Source: Lama glama
Lineage: Eukaryota
DNA: 64,000 nt
Assembly: GCA_028534125.1 (NCBI GenBank)
Contig: CM052816.1
Coordinates: 44,704,001-44,768,000 of the forward strand
Direction: 5' to 3'
The translations under genes and the position numbers were made by a program. The notes under the pieces were generated by a model. The model was not told the origin of the DNA, made no database searches, and was given only the letters and a program-made list of their open reading frames with translations. Of the stretch, positions 37,929-52,104 are shown one piece after another (position 1 is the stretch's first letter; each line of letters begins with the position of its first letter).

Positions 37929-40499
37929 AAGAAAAGTAATAATATCAGTGGAAATGGCTAAAGACAAACTTTGCATAATGGAAGATGTAGCAGGGGTATT
38001 TGCTTTTTTTCTTTTGTTTCCTGCTAGGATTCTTTCTATGTGTGGCTCCAGGATTAGTGGGCCCAGAGCAAGCCCATCTTTCCTAGGTTATAGAAGTTCT
38101 CTAATAGCTCAAGTTTACTGCTGTAGGCCATGTTGCATAAACTGTGAGAGTCATGGATGAGATGAAATGAAAAGCTAAGTAAACCAATAGAAATAAAGGT
38201 TCTGGAATGTATCTTTCACAACCTCTGCCCATCAGAGGATTTAGAAATCAAACACATTAATTAATATAGTACTTCTTTCTCTTAATATCTCTGATTGCCT
38301 AAAATAAAATTAAATGGTGAACTCTAATGCATTTCTAGTGCAGAGAAGATCAGACTATGGTTTACACAAAAGAGCAGCAGATGAATGCATATCTGATGCT
38401 TAAATGCATTAATCTCTCAAAACACAGAACAGACAAGTGCTATAACGAATGGGCCATAGAGTGAAACAGGACAGCAGCCTTCATCCAGTGAGCTATGAGA
38501 AAAATCTCTGGGTAGCAGGATTAATTAGCAGCTCGACTGCTGGAGGATAGCTGTGGAAAGGGACAATAGGTAAGAATATGTCAATTTAGAAGAAGAGAAC
38601 AAAAATCCATTGCAAAGCTATAGAACCCAGAAATAGCACATCTTAGAGACAAGATAGATCAAGCATTTCTAAATCAGTATCTTTTAAGTTTTTTTTAAAG
38701 AAGAAAAAAAAATCAGTACAGTATATAGTACATAAAGGATGGATGTTCAATATTTTTCTTCCCAGATAGTAAACTATTAACATTTAAATTTTAATTCTAC
38801 ATGAAGGTTTAAAAAATGAAGGTGAAAAAAATCTGATTAAAACAGGAGCAAAAAAGAAAGAAAAATTGTCCATAAAGAAAAATATCCTGCTTTTCATTAC
38901 AACTTGTCTTTAGTTGATAAAATCCCAACAGCTCTATTCCATTTGGTGGGGTAGAGGGAGGAGTCAGCATCTTTCCAATTCATATAAACTAGAAGGAGAA
39001 GTCTAACAAACAAAATATTGACTATCCTTTCAAATAGCTCAATTGGGAAATAATGATTAGTGTCAGACATAATATCACAGGGTCATTAACCTTTCATCCC
39101 ACAGTACAATATTTCACTGCGTTTGCCCCAGAAATCAGTTACAATAGACTCTACCATTTGTCATGTACATCATTTGGATTTTCTGAATGTAAGACTAGTT
39201 GACCTTAACCATTCTACAACTACCAGAAGTTGAAGGTCATGCCTTAAGTCATTGAAAAGAGAATTTCCTCTGAATTGGTAATAAACTCTTGACTCTGACC
39301 TGTGACATTAATGCCATGAAGTAAAATGTTTTCCATCTTTGAAATTTACATAGAAAACACATTTACTTTATTCTACCAGATCATTCTCTTACATCTTTAC
39401 AAGAATCTTGCCCCTTTAAAAGCAGCTATTCAAGCAGTAAGATTTACTTACTGCTAAAATTAACTTGCTTCCAGAGAATTTGAATAATTTATCTTATTTT
39501 CTCTACTGTATGTTTGATAGCTAGAGAAACAGAGAGGTAGATATCAAAAATTTGAATAATCTGAGAAGCCATAAATATGATGTAGTTGAAAAATGAAAAA
39601 AACCTGCTTTTTAAAAAATTCTGTAAATATTTAAGACTGATGTTTCAAAATCTCTGTCAATTGTTAACTTTTCCTTGCATATCATTTGTTTAAGTAAAAA
39701 AAAAGAGGAAGGACCCTGGTTAAATACTTTACTGTATTTAATATATTTAAAATCTCATATAACATTGTCACAATTATACACACCTGGATTTTATCTGAAA
39801 AATGCTCTACAAGAAAATGCAATGTACTCAGATACCAACCCCCTCCAAAAAAACAAAACAAAACAAAAAAAAAACCCCTAAGGTTACATTGTTTAGTTTG
39901 AAACCTATCTTTCAGACTTTTCATTTCACTTTATTTCCTATCATACCATGTAAATGTGGTTTTTGTGTTTCTTAGTGAAAAAAGAGAACAGAACGGTTCT
40001 AAAGGCTTAGCATATTGAGTAATCAAGGCACCATGAAAATTCTCTATTTTTCATCAACTTAGATTTAGAAGTGTCCTAGGGAGAAATGTAAACATAAAGG
40101 TAAGAATAGAATATACTCTTCCTTACATGAATATATGAATAGCATGACTATCTCTGTTTTACAAACAGTGATTTGTGTATCACAAGTATCTACTGCAACT
40201 TCTCTCTCTCTCTCTCTCATCTCCATATGTTTCATATATTTAATTATAACAATATGTTTATGTACATGCCTTTCATTTATTTTCTCCTTTCCAACATGAT
40301 TTTGATTTTCCTGTGCACCAGAAGCACACCATACACATCTTTCTGCATTAATGCCTGGTACATATTGGGTACTAACTAAATTCCTGTTGGATATTGGTAA
40401 GGAATGAAAAACGAAATTTTATATGTTTAGTATTGATTCATTATGTAACACTTCATTTAATTTTCTTAAAGCTAGGAAATAGCTCCTGTCAGCTGGAAG

Positions 40500-40878
40500 G
40501 AGCTTACAGTACTTGTGTGCTATGTTTGAGTTTAAAACTTGGCTCCTACACTTATTAATTATGAATACTTAGGGATAAGTATATTTACAAGATAATTAGG
40601 CAAGATACTTAGCCACTTGTGCCTCAATTTCCCACATGTGAAATGGATATAGTAATTGTACATACCACGTAGGGTTATTAGGAGTTTTGTTTGGGTCACA
40701 GTAAGTGAAAAAAGCTCAAAGGGTGCCTGGTAGAGTAAGTGCCATTAAGTGTTTGCTAAGGTAATTAAGGGTAAATATAAATATGCCCTATTTATCTGAA
40801 AATAGGATAATAATACCTACTTCATAGATTTATTAGTACTAAGACAATAAATGCAAAGCAACTAATAGTTCTCTGGTA
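40500..40878 (+). mobile_element. MIR SINE(s)
   Basis: cttggctcctacacttatta...gtgcctcaatttcccacatgtgaaatgg...agggttattagga...gtgcctgg; second core atctgaaaataggataataatacctacttcatag. Confidence 0.7.
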
Positions 40879-40879
40879 A

Positions 40880-41090
40880 ATTGGGTGTGAGATATGAAAG
40901 AAAGAGGAGTCCAAGATGACTCTAAGGCTTTTCTCCTGAGCAACTAGAACAAAGGAGATGCTGTTCACTGAGATGGGAAAACTGGGAGGAACACTTTCAG
41001 TGGGAGTAATTCAAAACTCAATATTGGAAATGTTAAATTGGAAATTCTATTAAATATTTGAACCTGTATTTTGGGCAAGCAACTGGATAT
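40880..41090 (-). mobile_element. L2 fragment
   Basis: gaggagtccaagatgactctaaggctttt..ctgagcaactag...ttcactgagatgggaaaactgg is a classic reverse L2 motif. Confidence 0.7.
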
Positions 41091-41984
41091 CTAACAGAAA
41101 GAAAGAATACAAATCAGTAATCCCAAAATGAAAGTACTAACCTATGGGGCCTATACTGAGTTAACTGAACCATTTAGATACATCAGTTGTTTCTAATTTA
41201 TTAGATATTTGGGATCTTTGAAGAAGATAATGGTAGACACATGAACACATACACACCAAAATGTGCATACATTTAATTTTATGCTTGGAAATTTGATTTC
41301 ATTCACATAAGCCATAAAGACACTGTTGACAAAGCTACAATCTTCTCATTCTAATTTTTCATGCAAAACAACACTCCCTGAAAAATTATTTTAGCAAATT
41401 ACACAAATAAAATCAAATATAAACTTTATTTCTACATAAAAGTTAATTTCAATAGACAGCTGTTATTGTATGGCTTGAAAAGCTAAAAATATGTATGATA
41501 CATTCAATTTATTTAGATACTAAATGATTTTAGACTTTGTATTTTGATGGTAACAAGGTTTTAAAACCAAAATCCACATAAATACACTTTAGCAAATAAT
41601 ATCAGAGTTCTCATGATTCACTTTACAACATCCTTATGGAATTCTGTAAATGAGTAACTGCATTTTCTAAGAATGTGAGTTGAATATCTATCAATATCTT
41701 TGTCCTCAAACCCATGAGATCATCTGGTAAAATCTGTATAATCCTCATAAACATGTATTCCAGCATTAAAACATTGGCATAGATATCTATCTAGTGTCAT
41801 ATCTTCCAAAATGGCGGCATGGCCAAAATATTTCTAAATTCAAGATCATTATTCATGGTAAAAATGAGAACTCAAATCAACTTATTTTCCCCATTAATAA
41901 AGTCAAACTTAGGATCTAAGATAACTAAACATTGCATAAATTTATTACTGTAAAACTATTTTGAATCAGTTGTAGGAATGAACA

Positions 41985-42285
41985 ATAGAAAAGAAAATTA
42001 AGAGCACAAGTAATTTACTATAGCAGAAAAATAAATACTTAGGAATAAATATAACAAAAGAGGTATAAAACTTGTACTCTGAAAACTACAAAAAAGTAAA
42101 TACCTAAATAAATGGAAAGATAGCTCATGTTTCTTCATAAGAACACTTAATCATTAAAATGGGAATACTTTCCAAATTGATTTATAGATTTAAAGTAATT
42201 CGTATCAAAATCCAGTTAGCTTTTCTGCAGAACTGACAAACTAATACTAAAGTTCATATGGAAATTTCAGGGACTCAGAATATCC
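41985..42285 (+). mobile_element. Old LINE-1 ORF2 fragment
   Basis: aaatacttaggaataaatataacaaaagagg...tactctgaaaactacaaaa...caaattgatttatagatttaa. Confidence 0.8.
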
Positions 42286-42289
42286 ATTT

Positions 42290-44405
42290 AAAATTATACT
42301 CTATGAAGTTGTCTTTTAAATCAATTAGAGGAAGAAAACAGCTATACAGTACATCTGTACTACCTTTTGGATTTATCTATCTAGTTATCTTTCCTGGTGC
42401 TGTTTATTTTTTTATGTTCATTCAAATAAGTGCCTAATTTTTTTTCACTTCAGCTTAAAGAACTCCCTTAGTATTTCTTGTAGGGCAGGTCTTCTAATGC
42501 TAACTATTCTTAGTTTTTATTTATCTAGGAATGTTTTAATTCCTGTTATTTTCTGAAAGACTGTTTTGAAGGATACAGAATTCTTGGTTGACAGTCTTAC
42601 TTTCAACACTTTAAAAAGGTAATTCCACTGCCTTTTGGCCCCCAAAGATTTCTGAAGAAAAACCAAATGTTAATTTTATTGAAGATAACTTCAAATGATG
42701 AATTATTTTTCTCCTACTGCTTTCAAGATCCTCTCTTTGTCTTTAGTTTCAAGTTATTCTACTTGTAGCTCTTTAAACTTCTTGGATATGTTGATTAAAG
42801 CTTTTAATCAAATTTGGGTAATTGTTTATCCTTATCTATTCAAATATTCTTTCTGATCCTTTCACTCTCTCCTTTGATATTGGAACTCCCATTACATATA
42901 TATTTTTATTCTTGATAGTGTCCTACGTGTCTCTGAGTTTCTGGTCACTTTTTTTTCCATTCTTTTTTGTCCTGTTTCAGACTGGATAGACTCAGTTGAC
43001 CTATCATCAAGTTCACTGATTCTTTTCTCTGCCAAAACAAATCTACCTTTGAGCCTCTACTGTGGATTATATGCTGATATATAACCCTTATACCTTCTTT
43101 TAGTATTCTAGAAATTGTTTCCTGTACTTCTTTAAACATATATATAATAGATGTTTTAACGTCATTCTAAAATACAATATCTAGGTTACTGAAGAAAAGT
43201 TTCTATTGATACATTTTTTTCATGTACATGGGCCAGACTTGTCCATTTCTTTGCACATCTTGTACTTTTTTGTTGAAAACTAGACATTTAAATAATATAA
43301 TGTTTATATTATTGATATTATTTTTATATATCATTTATACATTTAAATTATTACACTATCATTTGTATTTATTTTTATTTATTTACTTATTATATAAAAT
43401 ACCCAAAGTATCAGATACCTTCTTCCCAAGGTTTGTTGTTTTACTGTTTATTTAGTGACTATCCTGGACTAATTCTGCAAATTCTGGATACTTTATCATA
43501 TGTGGCCACTGAAATCTCTGTTTGGTTAGTTCAGTGGTCAGCTAATTACTGGACAGAGGTTCCCTTAAATCTCTTGAACCAATAAGTTTTCCAAAACTTG
43601 CCAAGTGACTGTGCATTTGGAGGCACACTTTTAACTCTCTGGCAGGAAAATTATAACTCTACTTTAGCCTTCACTTCCTGCTGGCATAGAGCCTCTAGAT
43701 CAGCCAAAGGTGAGAAATTAGCACCTTCTCAGGTCTTTCCTAGGCAAATGTCCAGCAATGTGCATATTAGTGGACTTCTAAATTCCTACAAATATGATAG
43801 ACCTTTATAAAGCTCTTTATGAACATCTCATTTTCCCATATACTTTCTAGGTTTTTTGGATCATTTGTTAACCCCAACTGATACTGCTGCCTCAAACAGC
43901 CGTTACATTAAAAAAAAACAAAAAACTGCCACTGACCTTTTTTTTTCAAATAAGTGCCTTGTACACACAAAGGGAATTCTAAATCAGATAAAATAAAGAT
44001 AAGTCCTGAATACAGAGCTTTTTATGGAACTGTAAGACAAGTAAAATAGTGAGAATTCTCTAGGGATAGAATCTGGGGAAGCTCCAAATCATTTTTGCAC
44101 CCTTAAGTGACCAACAGGCTGCTGGCCCACAGATACGGTAGTTGTGAGGCTGTTGGTTTTCAAAGCTGCAATAGACTGAGGACAGGGGCATGGATTAGGA
44201 CATCAGTAAAGCTAAATGTTATTACTGTGACTCAGCTGGTTAGTTTTCTGTTTTGTTTTATTTTGATTAAATATGTCTCAAATTTTTACAAGCATTTAGC
44301 TAATTTACAGAATTCTGAAAGTGAATTTTAACCATTTTTGCCAATATTTTCCTCACTTTTTTGGAGGAGCAGATTTTTGGATGCCCTTATCTCACCATTG
44401 TGGAA
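42290..44405 (-). mobile_element. Old LINE-1 5' half (inter-ORF, ORF1, 5' UTR)
   Basis: agtatttcttgtagggcaggtct, gaattcttggttgacag, ctgctttcaagat and ggaactcccattaca are reverse ORF1 relics. Confidence 0.75.
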
Positions 44406-46094
44406 AAGGTTCTCATGACCCTCTGTGAGCAAACAATCAATATGACTAATTCAAAGATCCCATGGATTATATAACATGCTCATGTAAGTCATTGCTAAAA
44501 AATCAAAGCATTAAAATCAAACCATTCCAGTGTTATGTTTCTCAATTTCACCATATTAATTCCTTACTTATTTTACCTTCATTTTTGATCTTAGCTCTTG
44601 TGATTTTTACAAAAATTTTTAATCTCTATTGGAGGTGAACAAAAAGAAAGATGGAAGGAGAAGAAGTAATAATGGACAATGATATAATACAAAATACAAA
44701 GAAATGATAAATTTCAAAAGTTAAAACATTAAATATTTTTAAATATTTTAAAGAAAATTTTTCTTGTAAATTCTTTACAAGCTAAATAGCCCAGTGTCTA
44801 ATAAATGTAAGAATTAATTGCTTTAAAGGCAAAAAATATAAAGCAAAGCCAGTACAAAACTGCTGTCTATGGGGAAATAAAGTGAATTCAGTATTTTTTA
44901 AATATTTGAAGGTTTAAATTGAACTGTAATCGGGAAGGAGATCAAGATGGCAGAGTAGGAGGACATTGAGTTCACCTCCCCCCATGAACATATCAAAAGT
45001 ACAACTATTTGTGGAGTAACTCTCACTGAAAACAAACAAGGCTGGCAAAAAGACTTTTAGACAACTATGGCTGTAAGAAAGATTCACAAGAAATCAGAAA
45101 GGATGGAAAGAGAAGCAATCAGGTTGGGAACTGCATCTCTGGGAGGGGACACAGAAGATGAAAGGGACCCAGAGCTCCTCCCTGGGGATTAAGCAATTTA
45201 AATAACACATTGGGCACCACAGCCATGGAGTCCAACACAGGCAGGATAATTCCCCTAGCTGATTTAAAAACCAGTGGGACTAACAGCAGGGCTGTAAGAA
45301 ATCTAGACTACACTCATGAAGAGCATGCATACTTGCTTACTTCTGAAACAAAGTAAAGGAAGCAAATTGAAACTGCCCAGGACTCTAGCCAGTTTGCCTC
45401 AACCACCCCGGCAAGCACATCAGCCTGAGCTGAGTGACTGCCTCAGCCTGGTTTGCTCCTTGGCACAGCTCCTCATTAGGGTAAGAGCTGCAAAGGCCAA
45501 AGAGATTGCACAGTTATAAGGGACAGAGCCAGCTTAGACCTAGCACGGCATCTGAACAGGGAGAAGGTGGTCATTGCTGGTGATTACAGAGGCAGCAGGT
45601 GGGAAGCAGTCCAGAAATCTGACTGTTTCTGGGATCACCATGGCATATGTCCCAACTCACACCAAGTGCCTGCTCCAGCCCTTCTTACTCTAGCCCTGAT
45701 CTCCTCCGGGTCAAGGCTGTCTGTGCTGGTAATGGAGAGAGCACATAATTAGAAGGAATGATGTCAGCTCAGACCCAACTCTCAGGGCTTCTCCTTCAGC
45801 ACCTAGGAACCTGACACCACACCCAATAGAATGGTATAGCCACTGAATAGGGGTAAAGCCCCAGCTCACACCTGGCTCTGGCTCTACCTACCCATCTTCA
45901 GTTCCACCCCCTGCCAAGCTGACAGATGCCAGCACACTCTGGGGAAATGTGACTCATCCAGCAGATCCAACTCTCCCACCAAAGTGACTGGGCATGCACA
46001 AACCTATAGGGATGCTCCCACATAAGTTTACCCCTTCAAGACTGGGACACAAAGCTGTCCCAAACATTTCATAGAGATAGAGAAAGTTAAGCAA

Positions 46095-46961
46095 AATAAG
46101 ACAGAGGAATTTATTTCAAATTACAGAACAAGAGAAAATCCCTGAAAAAACAACTAATAAAGCAGAAACAAATAATTTACCAGATAGAGCTCAAAGCATT
46201 AGTAATGAATATACTGAGTTACGGAAAGGAATAGATTAACACAGTGAGAATTTTTAACAAAGTAACTAGAAAATAGAAAAAAAGACCCAATCAGAAATGA
46301 AGACTATAGTAACTGAAGTAAAAACACACAAGAAGGAATTAACAGCAGACAAAGTGATACCAATAAAAATGCGTAAGTGATCTGAATGACAGAATAATGG
46401 AAATCACCTAATCAGAACAGCAAAGATAAAAACAAATTTTAAAAAGTGAGATCAGCTTAAGGGACCTCTGAGACAATATCAAGCACACCTACATTAGCAT
46501 GGTAGGGGTCCCAAGAGAGACAGAAAGTGGTCAAAAATGTATTTGATAAAATTATGGCTGAAAACTTCTCAAACACAAAGAAGGAAACAGATACCCAGAT
46601 ACAGCAAGCACAGAAGATCAGAAACAAGATGGAGCTAAACAGATCCATAGAAAGACATCTTGTAATTAAAATAATAAAAGTTAAAGATAAAGAGAGAATT
46701 CTAAAGGCAACAAAAGAAAAACAAAGAGTCATATACAAGAGAACCCCCATAAACTATCAGGTAATGTTTCTGAAAAACTTTTCAGGCCAGAAGGGAGTAG
46801 CAGGTTATAAAGTGAGGAAAGGAAAAAACCTACAACCTTGGTTACTCTACTCACAGAGATTATCATTTATAATGGAAGAAGAACTTCTCAGACAAGCAAA
46901 AACTAAAAGATTCATCAATATTAAACACACTATAAAAGAAATGTTAAAGGGTCATTTCTAA
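46095..46961 (+). pseudogene. L1 ORF1p remnant
   Basis: ORF 46527-46961 MAENFSNTKKETDTQIQQAQK...RHLVIKIIKVKDKERILKATKEK is L1 ORF1p-like; upstream part is frameshifted. Confidence 0.9.
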
Positions 46962-47454
46962 GCAGAAAATAAAAGGTTAAAACAAGAAGTTTACAGTTAA
47001 GAATCAGGGAAGGGAAAGTACCACTAGTAAAGGCAAGTATATAATAAAGGCTGTGAATCAGCCACTTATATATGCTAGTAAAAGTTTAAAAGACAAAAAA
47101 TTGTAAATCAACTTTACTTCCAATAAACAGTGAAGAGATAAACATAAAAATGTAAAACATGACATCAAAAACAAAAAATGTGAGGAGTTTAAAACGTGTA
47201 TCTTTTAGTATTTGTTTGAACTTAAATGACTGCCAGTTAAAACAAGTAGATATAGTTATAGGTCAACATATAGGAACCACAAGACAACCACAAGTCAAAA
47301 ACCTGTAATAAATACACCAAAACAAGAGAGAAAGGAACATAAGCTTACTATTAAGGAAAATAATCAAACCACAAGGGAAGAAACAAAATGAAAAAGAAAC
47401 AGAAAAAATACAGAAACAACTGGAAAACAAGTAAAAAACAAACAAACAAACAAT

Positions 47455-50276
47455 AACCACACACCTATCAATAATCAGTTTAAATGTCAATGGACTAAAT
47501 GCTCCAATCAATAGACACAGAGTGGCTAATTAGATTTAAAAAGAATAATATGATCCATCTATATGCCTCTTACAAGAGACTCACTTCAGAACTAAAGACA
47601 CACTCTGAGTGAAAGTGAGAGAATAGAAAAAGGTATTTCATATAAATGGAAATGACATGAAGGCAGGCATAACAATAGTCCTATCAGACAAAATTGACTT
47701 TAAGATAAAGCCTATAATATAAGACAAAGAAGGGCATTATATAATGATAAAGGGATCGATACAAAAAGAGGGTATTGTATTTGTTAACATACATGCACCT
47801 AATATAGGAACACCTAAATATAAAGCAAATGTTAACAGACATAAGGGAGAAACTGACAATAATACAGTAACAGTAGGGGAATTTAACACCTCACTGACAT
47901 CAATAAACAGATCATCCAGACAGAAAATCAATAAGGCAACATTGATCTTAAATGACAAATCCGATCTATTAATTTGGACTTAATAGATATCTATGAGATA
48001 TCCAATCCAAATACAAAAGAATACACTCTCTCATCAGGTGCACATGGAACATTCTCTGGGGATAGATCACATGCTAGACCACAAAGCAAGTCTCAAAAAA
48101 TTTAAGTGGACACAAATTATATCAAGCACTTTTTCCAACCACAAAAGTATAAAACCTGAAACAATTAGCAGGAAGAAAAAAGGAAAAAAACAGACATGTG
48201 GAGACTAAACAACATGCTACTAAACCAATGGATTAATGAAGAAATCAAAGAGGAAATTAGAAAAATCTTGAGACAAATGAAAATAAAAACAAAACTTTCC
48301 AAAATCTGTGGAACATGGCAAAAGCAATTCTAAGAGTGAAGCCACTACCAATTCAGGCCTTTCTCAAGAAATAAGAAAAATAACAAATAAACAACATACC
48401 ATCTAAAAGAAGCAGAAAAAAGAAGAAAGATAAATTTCAAAATCAGAAGGAAGGAAATAATTATCAGAGTGGAAATAAGTAAAATGAGATCAAAAAAACC
48501 GTAGAAAAGATCAAGAAAACCAAGAGTTGTTTTTTGAAAGGATAATCAAAAGTGATGAACACTTTAATCAAAAATGAACAATCATCTAGAAATATACAAC
48601 CTTCCAAGACTAAATAAGGGAGAAATAACAATCTGAACAGATAGGTCACTAGGAGTGAACTGATTTGCAATAAAACAAAAGCAAACCAACCAGCAAAGTG
48701 CAGAACTGGATGTCTTCACAGGGGAACTCGACCAAACGTATGAAGAAGAACTAACCCCTATCCCTCTCAGACTATTTCCAAACAACTGAAGAGGCTGAAA
48801 TACCCCCAAATTCATTCTCTGAGGGTGTTATTAGCCTGATGCCAAAAAAAAAAAAAATACAATACAAAAAAATGAAAATCACAGGCCAAATCTTTGATTA
48901 CATATATGCAAAAAATCCTCAACAAAATACTACCAAACCAAATTTAACAATGTAGAAAAAGGATCATACACCATGAGCAAGTAAGATTTATACCAAGGAT
49001 GCAAGGATGGTTAAATATTGGCAAATCAATCAATATCCTACACCACACTAAAAAGAAGAATAAAAAACATATGGAAATCTAATTAGACACAGCAAAAGCA
49101 TTTGACAAAATAAAACATCCTTTCATGATAAAAACTTTCACTGAAGTTGGTATCAATGGAACATATCTCAACATAATAAATGCCATTTATGACAAAAGCA
49201 CAGCTAACACCATGCCCAATGGTGAAAAGCTGAAAGCCTCTTCTAATAAATTCAGGAACATGACAAGGATGCCCACTCTCATCTGTTTAACATATATTGG
49301 AAGTTCTCTTTAACATAGTCTAAGTCCTACCCACAGCAATCATATAAGAAAAAGAAATAAAAGCCATCCCAATTGGAAAGAAAATAGTAAAACTACCATT
49401 ATTTGTGGATAACATGATACTTTATATAGGAAACCCTAAAATCTCCACCAAAAACTATTGGAAGAAATTAATTCAGTAAAGCTGCAGGATACACAATTAA
49501 TATACAGAAATCTGTCGCTTTTCTATGCACTAATAATGAAATGTCAGAAAGATAAAGTAAAAAAAAATCTTGTTTAAAATCACATCAAAAGAAATAAAAT
49601 ATCTAGGAATAAACTTAACCAAGAAGGTGAAAGACCTACATTCTGAAAACTATAAAACACTGATAAAGGAAACTGAAGATGATACAAAGAAACAGAACAA
49701 TACCTTATGCCCTTAAATCGGAAGAATTCCTATTGTTGAAATGACTATAATATCCAAAGCAATCCACAGATTTAATGCAATTCCTATCAAAATACTCAGT
49801 ACTTTTTTCACACAACTAGAATAAATAATCCTAAAATTTATATGAAACCATAAAAGACCCTAAATTGCCTAGTCAATCCTGAGAAAGAAGGACAAAGCTA
49901 GAAGTATCATATCCCGCTGGCTTAAGACAATATTATATAGTAATCAAAATAGTAGTACTGGCAAAAAAAAACCAGACTCATTGATCAGTACAACAGAATA
50001 GAGAGCCCAGAAATTAACCCACACACTTATGGTCAACTAATCTATGACAAAGGCAGCAAGAATATATAATGGAGAAAAGAGAACTTTGTAATATACCGTG
50101 CTGGGAACACTGTACAGCTACGTGTAAAACAATGAGATTAGGACACTTTCTCACACACACAAAAAAATAAACTCAGAATGGATTAAAGACCTAAATGTAA
50201 GATCTGAAACCATAAAATTCCTCAAAGAAAACACAGGCAGAACACTCTTTGACATAAATCATAGCGCTATTTTTTT
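47455..50276 (+). pseudogene. L1 ORF2p (endonuclease/reverse transcriptase) remnant
   Basis: LNVNGLNAPI near 47480; MIKGSIQKE..NIHAPN..VGEFNTSLT (47744 ORF); RT FADD motif decayed to LFVDNM near 49400; multiple stops and frameshifts. Confidence 0.9.
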
Positions 50277-50299
50277 ACAACTATGATTAACAAAAAATA

Positions 50300-50900
50300 A
50301 AGGTTGATAATATAAAGTTTTGATGAGGATGTGAAAGAAGTAGTATTCTTATCCTTGTAGGGAGAGATACAAACTGGTACAAACTTCTTAAGAGATAATT
50401 TTATAATATCTAGGAAAACCAATCACTTAGAAATAAATCACACAGACATAGAGATTCCTTTACACTGTTTGCAAACAAAACTTTAAAATAATCCAAATGT
50501 CTATCAGTAGAGAAATGGTTTAAAATACTTAGTCCCATCCACACTCAAAAATAGCATGAAAAAGTAAGAAAAACAAAAGACATATAAATCAAAGTATTGA
50601 TCCATTTTATTTCAAGTGAAAAATTTTAAAAATTGTATGTGGACTATATATATATGTGTGTATATATATAGGTATATAAACATAGATAATGTGTAATTCC
50701 TTTATGTAAGTGTGCATAAACACACGTCCAATACATAGATATAGATAATAATATAATTATGTGAACATATAGGAAAGGGCCTTAAAGCTGCCTTTCAAAT
50801 TGTTTACACTAGTTACCTACAGTAGGACAGTGAAATCTTACTGCAGGAGGCTAGCAGGTAACATCAAGATTTTATTATTGCCTTTGTTGTTTTTTACTTA
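50300..50900 (+). mobile_element. Ancient L1ME-like 3' fragment
   Basis: ttgatgaggatgtgaa...aaactggtacaaac...ccaaatgtctatcagtagagaaatgg; much more diverged than the adjacent L1. Confidence 0.6.
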
Positions 50901-52040
50901 ATACTATTATTCTCAAATATTTTCCCTTCTTTAAAATGAGCAAACATTCTTGCATTGTTTTTATAATTTAAGTTTTATTTATCATTTACCATTCAAAAAT
51001 TTCACCCAATTTAAAATGTCACAATTTTTAATGTTGTTTATACTTAGCCTAGTTTTTTTTCCTATCATTATACCCATTGCCTATTTGATAGAAACTTGCC
51101 TGGTTACATTTCAATGGAAATGATTTGGTTTCCTTTTCTCTATAAAGAAAACAATATAAAGATTATGTAAAATACTGTCCAAAATTTTCTAAACAGACGT
51201 AATAGAATTTATTTGTCTCTTATAAAAAGATGGAGGATCTTTGTTCATTTGTTTAGAAATATTTAGGTATTTGGCAACTCTGTTCAAATTTAAGCAAAAT
51301 TTACACAACTGATATTATTTAATCAGAGGATCTAAATCATACCATTAGAAACAGTACTGGTTTCATTTTTCCCTATGAAACATCATGTCATACATGGCAA
51401 CAGATAATATGCAGTTTTGCAAGACCCAAAGTAACTGTTACATGTGTCTAAAAGAGCATTTAATTTATTCTTAACAATTTGAATATTTTCTCAAAGTCAA
51501 AGACATCTTTTATATCAAGTTGCTTTTACATACATTATTGTTTTGCAGGAAACAGTAAAAGTCAAGTTGCTTGGGAGTACATTAAATTATACCAGTTAAT
51601 AGTGTTAGAGAGATGGCTTAAAAATAAATTGCCCATAATACCTTTTAATAAAGGTGCTAAATGCACTTTTTTATTCTTTGTTAAAAACAGATGCCTATTT
51701 GGCACTGCTCGGAATCCCATTTGCCATGTATATTTTGATTAATATTATACTAGGTAATCTGCTCTACGTGGTCTAGGTTCAGTAACCTCACTGTAAAATA
51801 ATGAGCCTTCAAGAATAAAAAATATGCTCACTATAAAGCTGCATATTCTGAGAAGCCAGTGAACGTATTCAAATGAAATGAAAAAGTGAGGTTTTCACCC
51901 AGTAAATTTGCTTGAAGTGAAACTTACATTTCTCAATTTGTATTTAGCTGTCAGTCTGCACACTAAAAACTGGACGAGCCATCAACCTTTTGCATATGTT
52001 TTCTATAAATACCTTTTCTTCTCTGATTCAACTGCCACAG

Positions 52041-52104
52041 GACTCTGCAGAGGTAGTGAGTGGTCTTAAGGGAGCTTACAGCAATCGGGAGGCAGCCAAT
52101 GGCA
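52041..52104 (+). other. Candidate exon (64 nt), plus strand
   Basis: ccttttcttctctgattcaactgccacag|GACTC...TGGCA|gtgagt; one open frame DSAEVVSGLKGAYSNREAANG, not recognised. Confidence 0.25.

Larger units (their letters stand above)
44932..50276 (+). mobile_element. Near full-length LINE-1 (5' UTR, ORF1, ORF2), 3'-truncated and inactive
   Basis: Starts gggaaggagatcaagatggc (YY1-type L1 start); GC-richer 5' UTR; ORF1 and ORF2 peptides recognisable; breaks off after gacataaatcatagc; no clear TSD. Confidence 0.95.

Noticed and set aside
41985..44405. Twin-priming inversion at the +/- L1 junction near 42285
   Set aside because: The order and orientation of the fragments do not fit twin priming and no TSD is visible; more likely separate old insertions or later rearrangement.
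21061..50276. The L1 at 21070 begins almost exactly where the L1 at 44932-50276 breaks off, suggesting one element split by rearrangement
   Set aside because: The 21070 copy has its own TSDs, and the ~45-bp overlap differs at several positions. Independent events are the simpler explanation.
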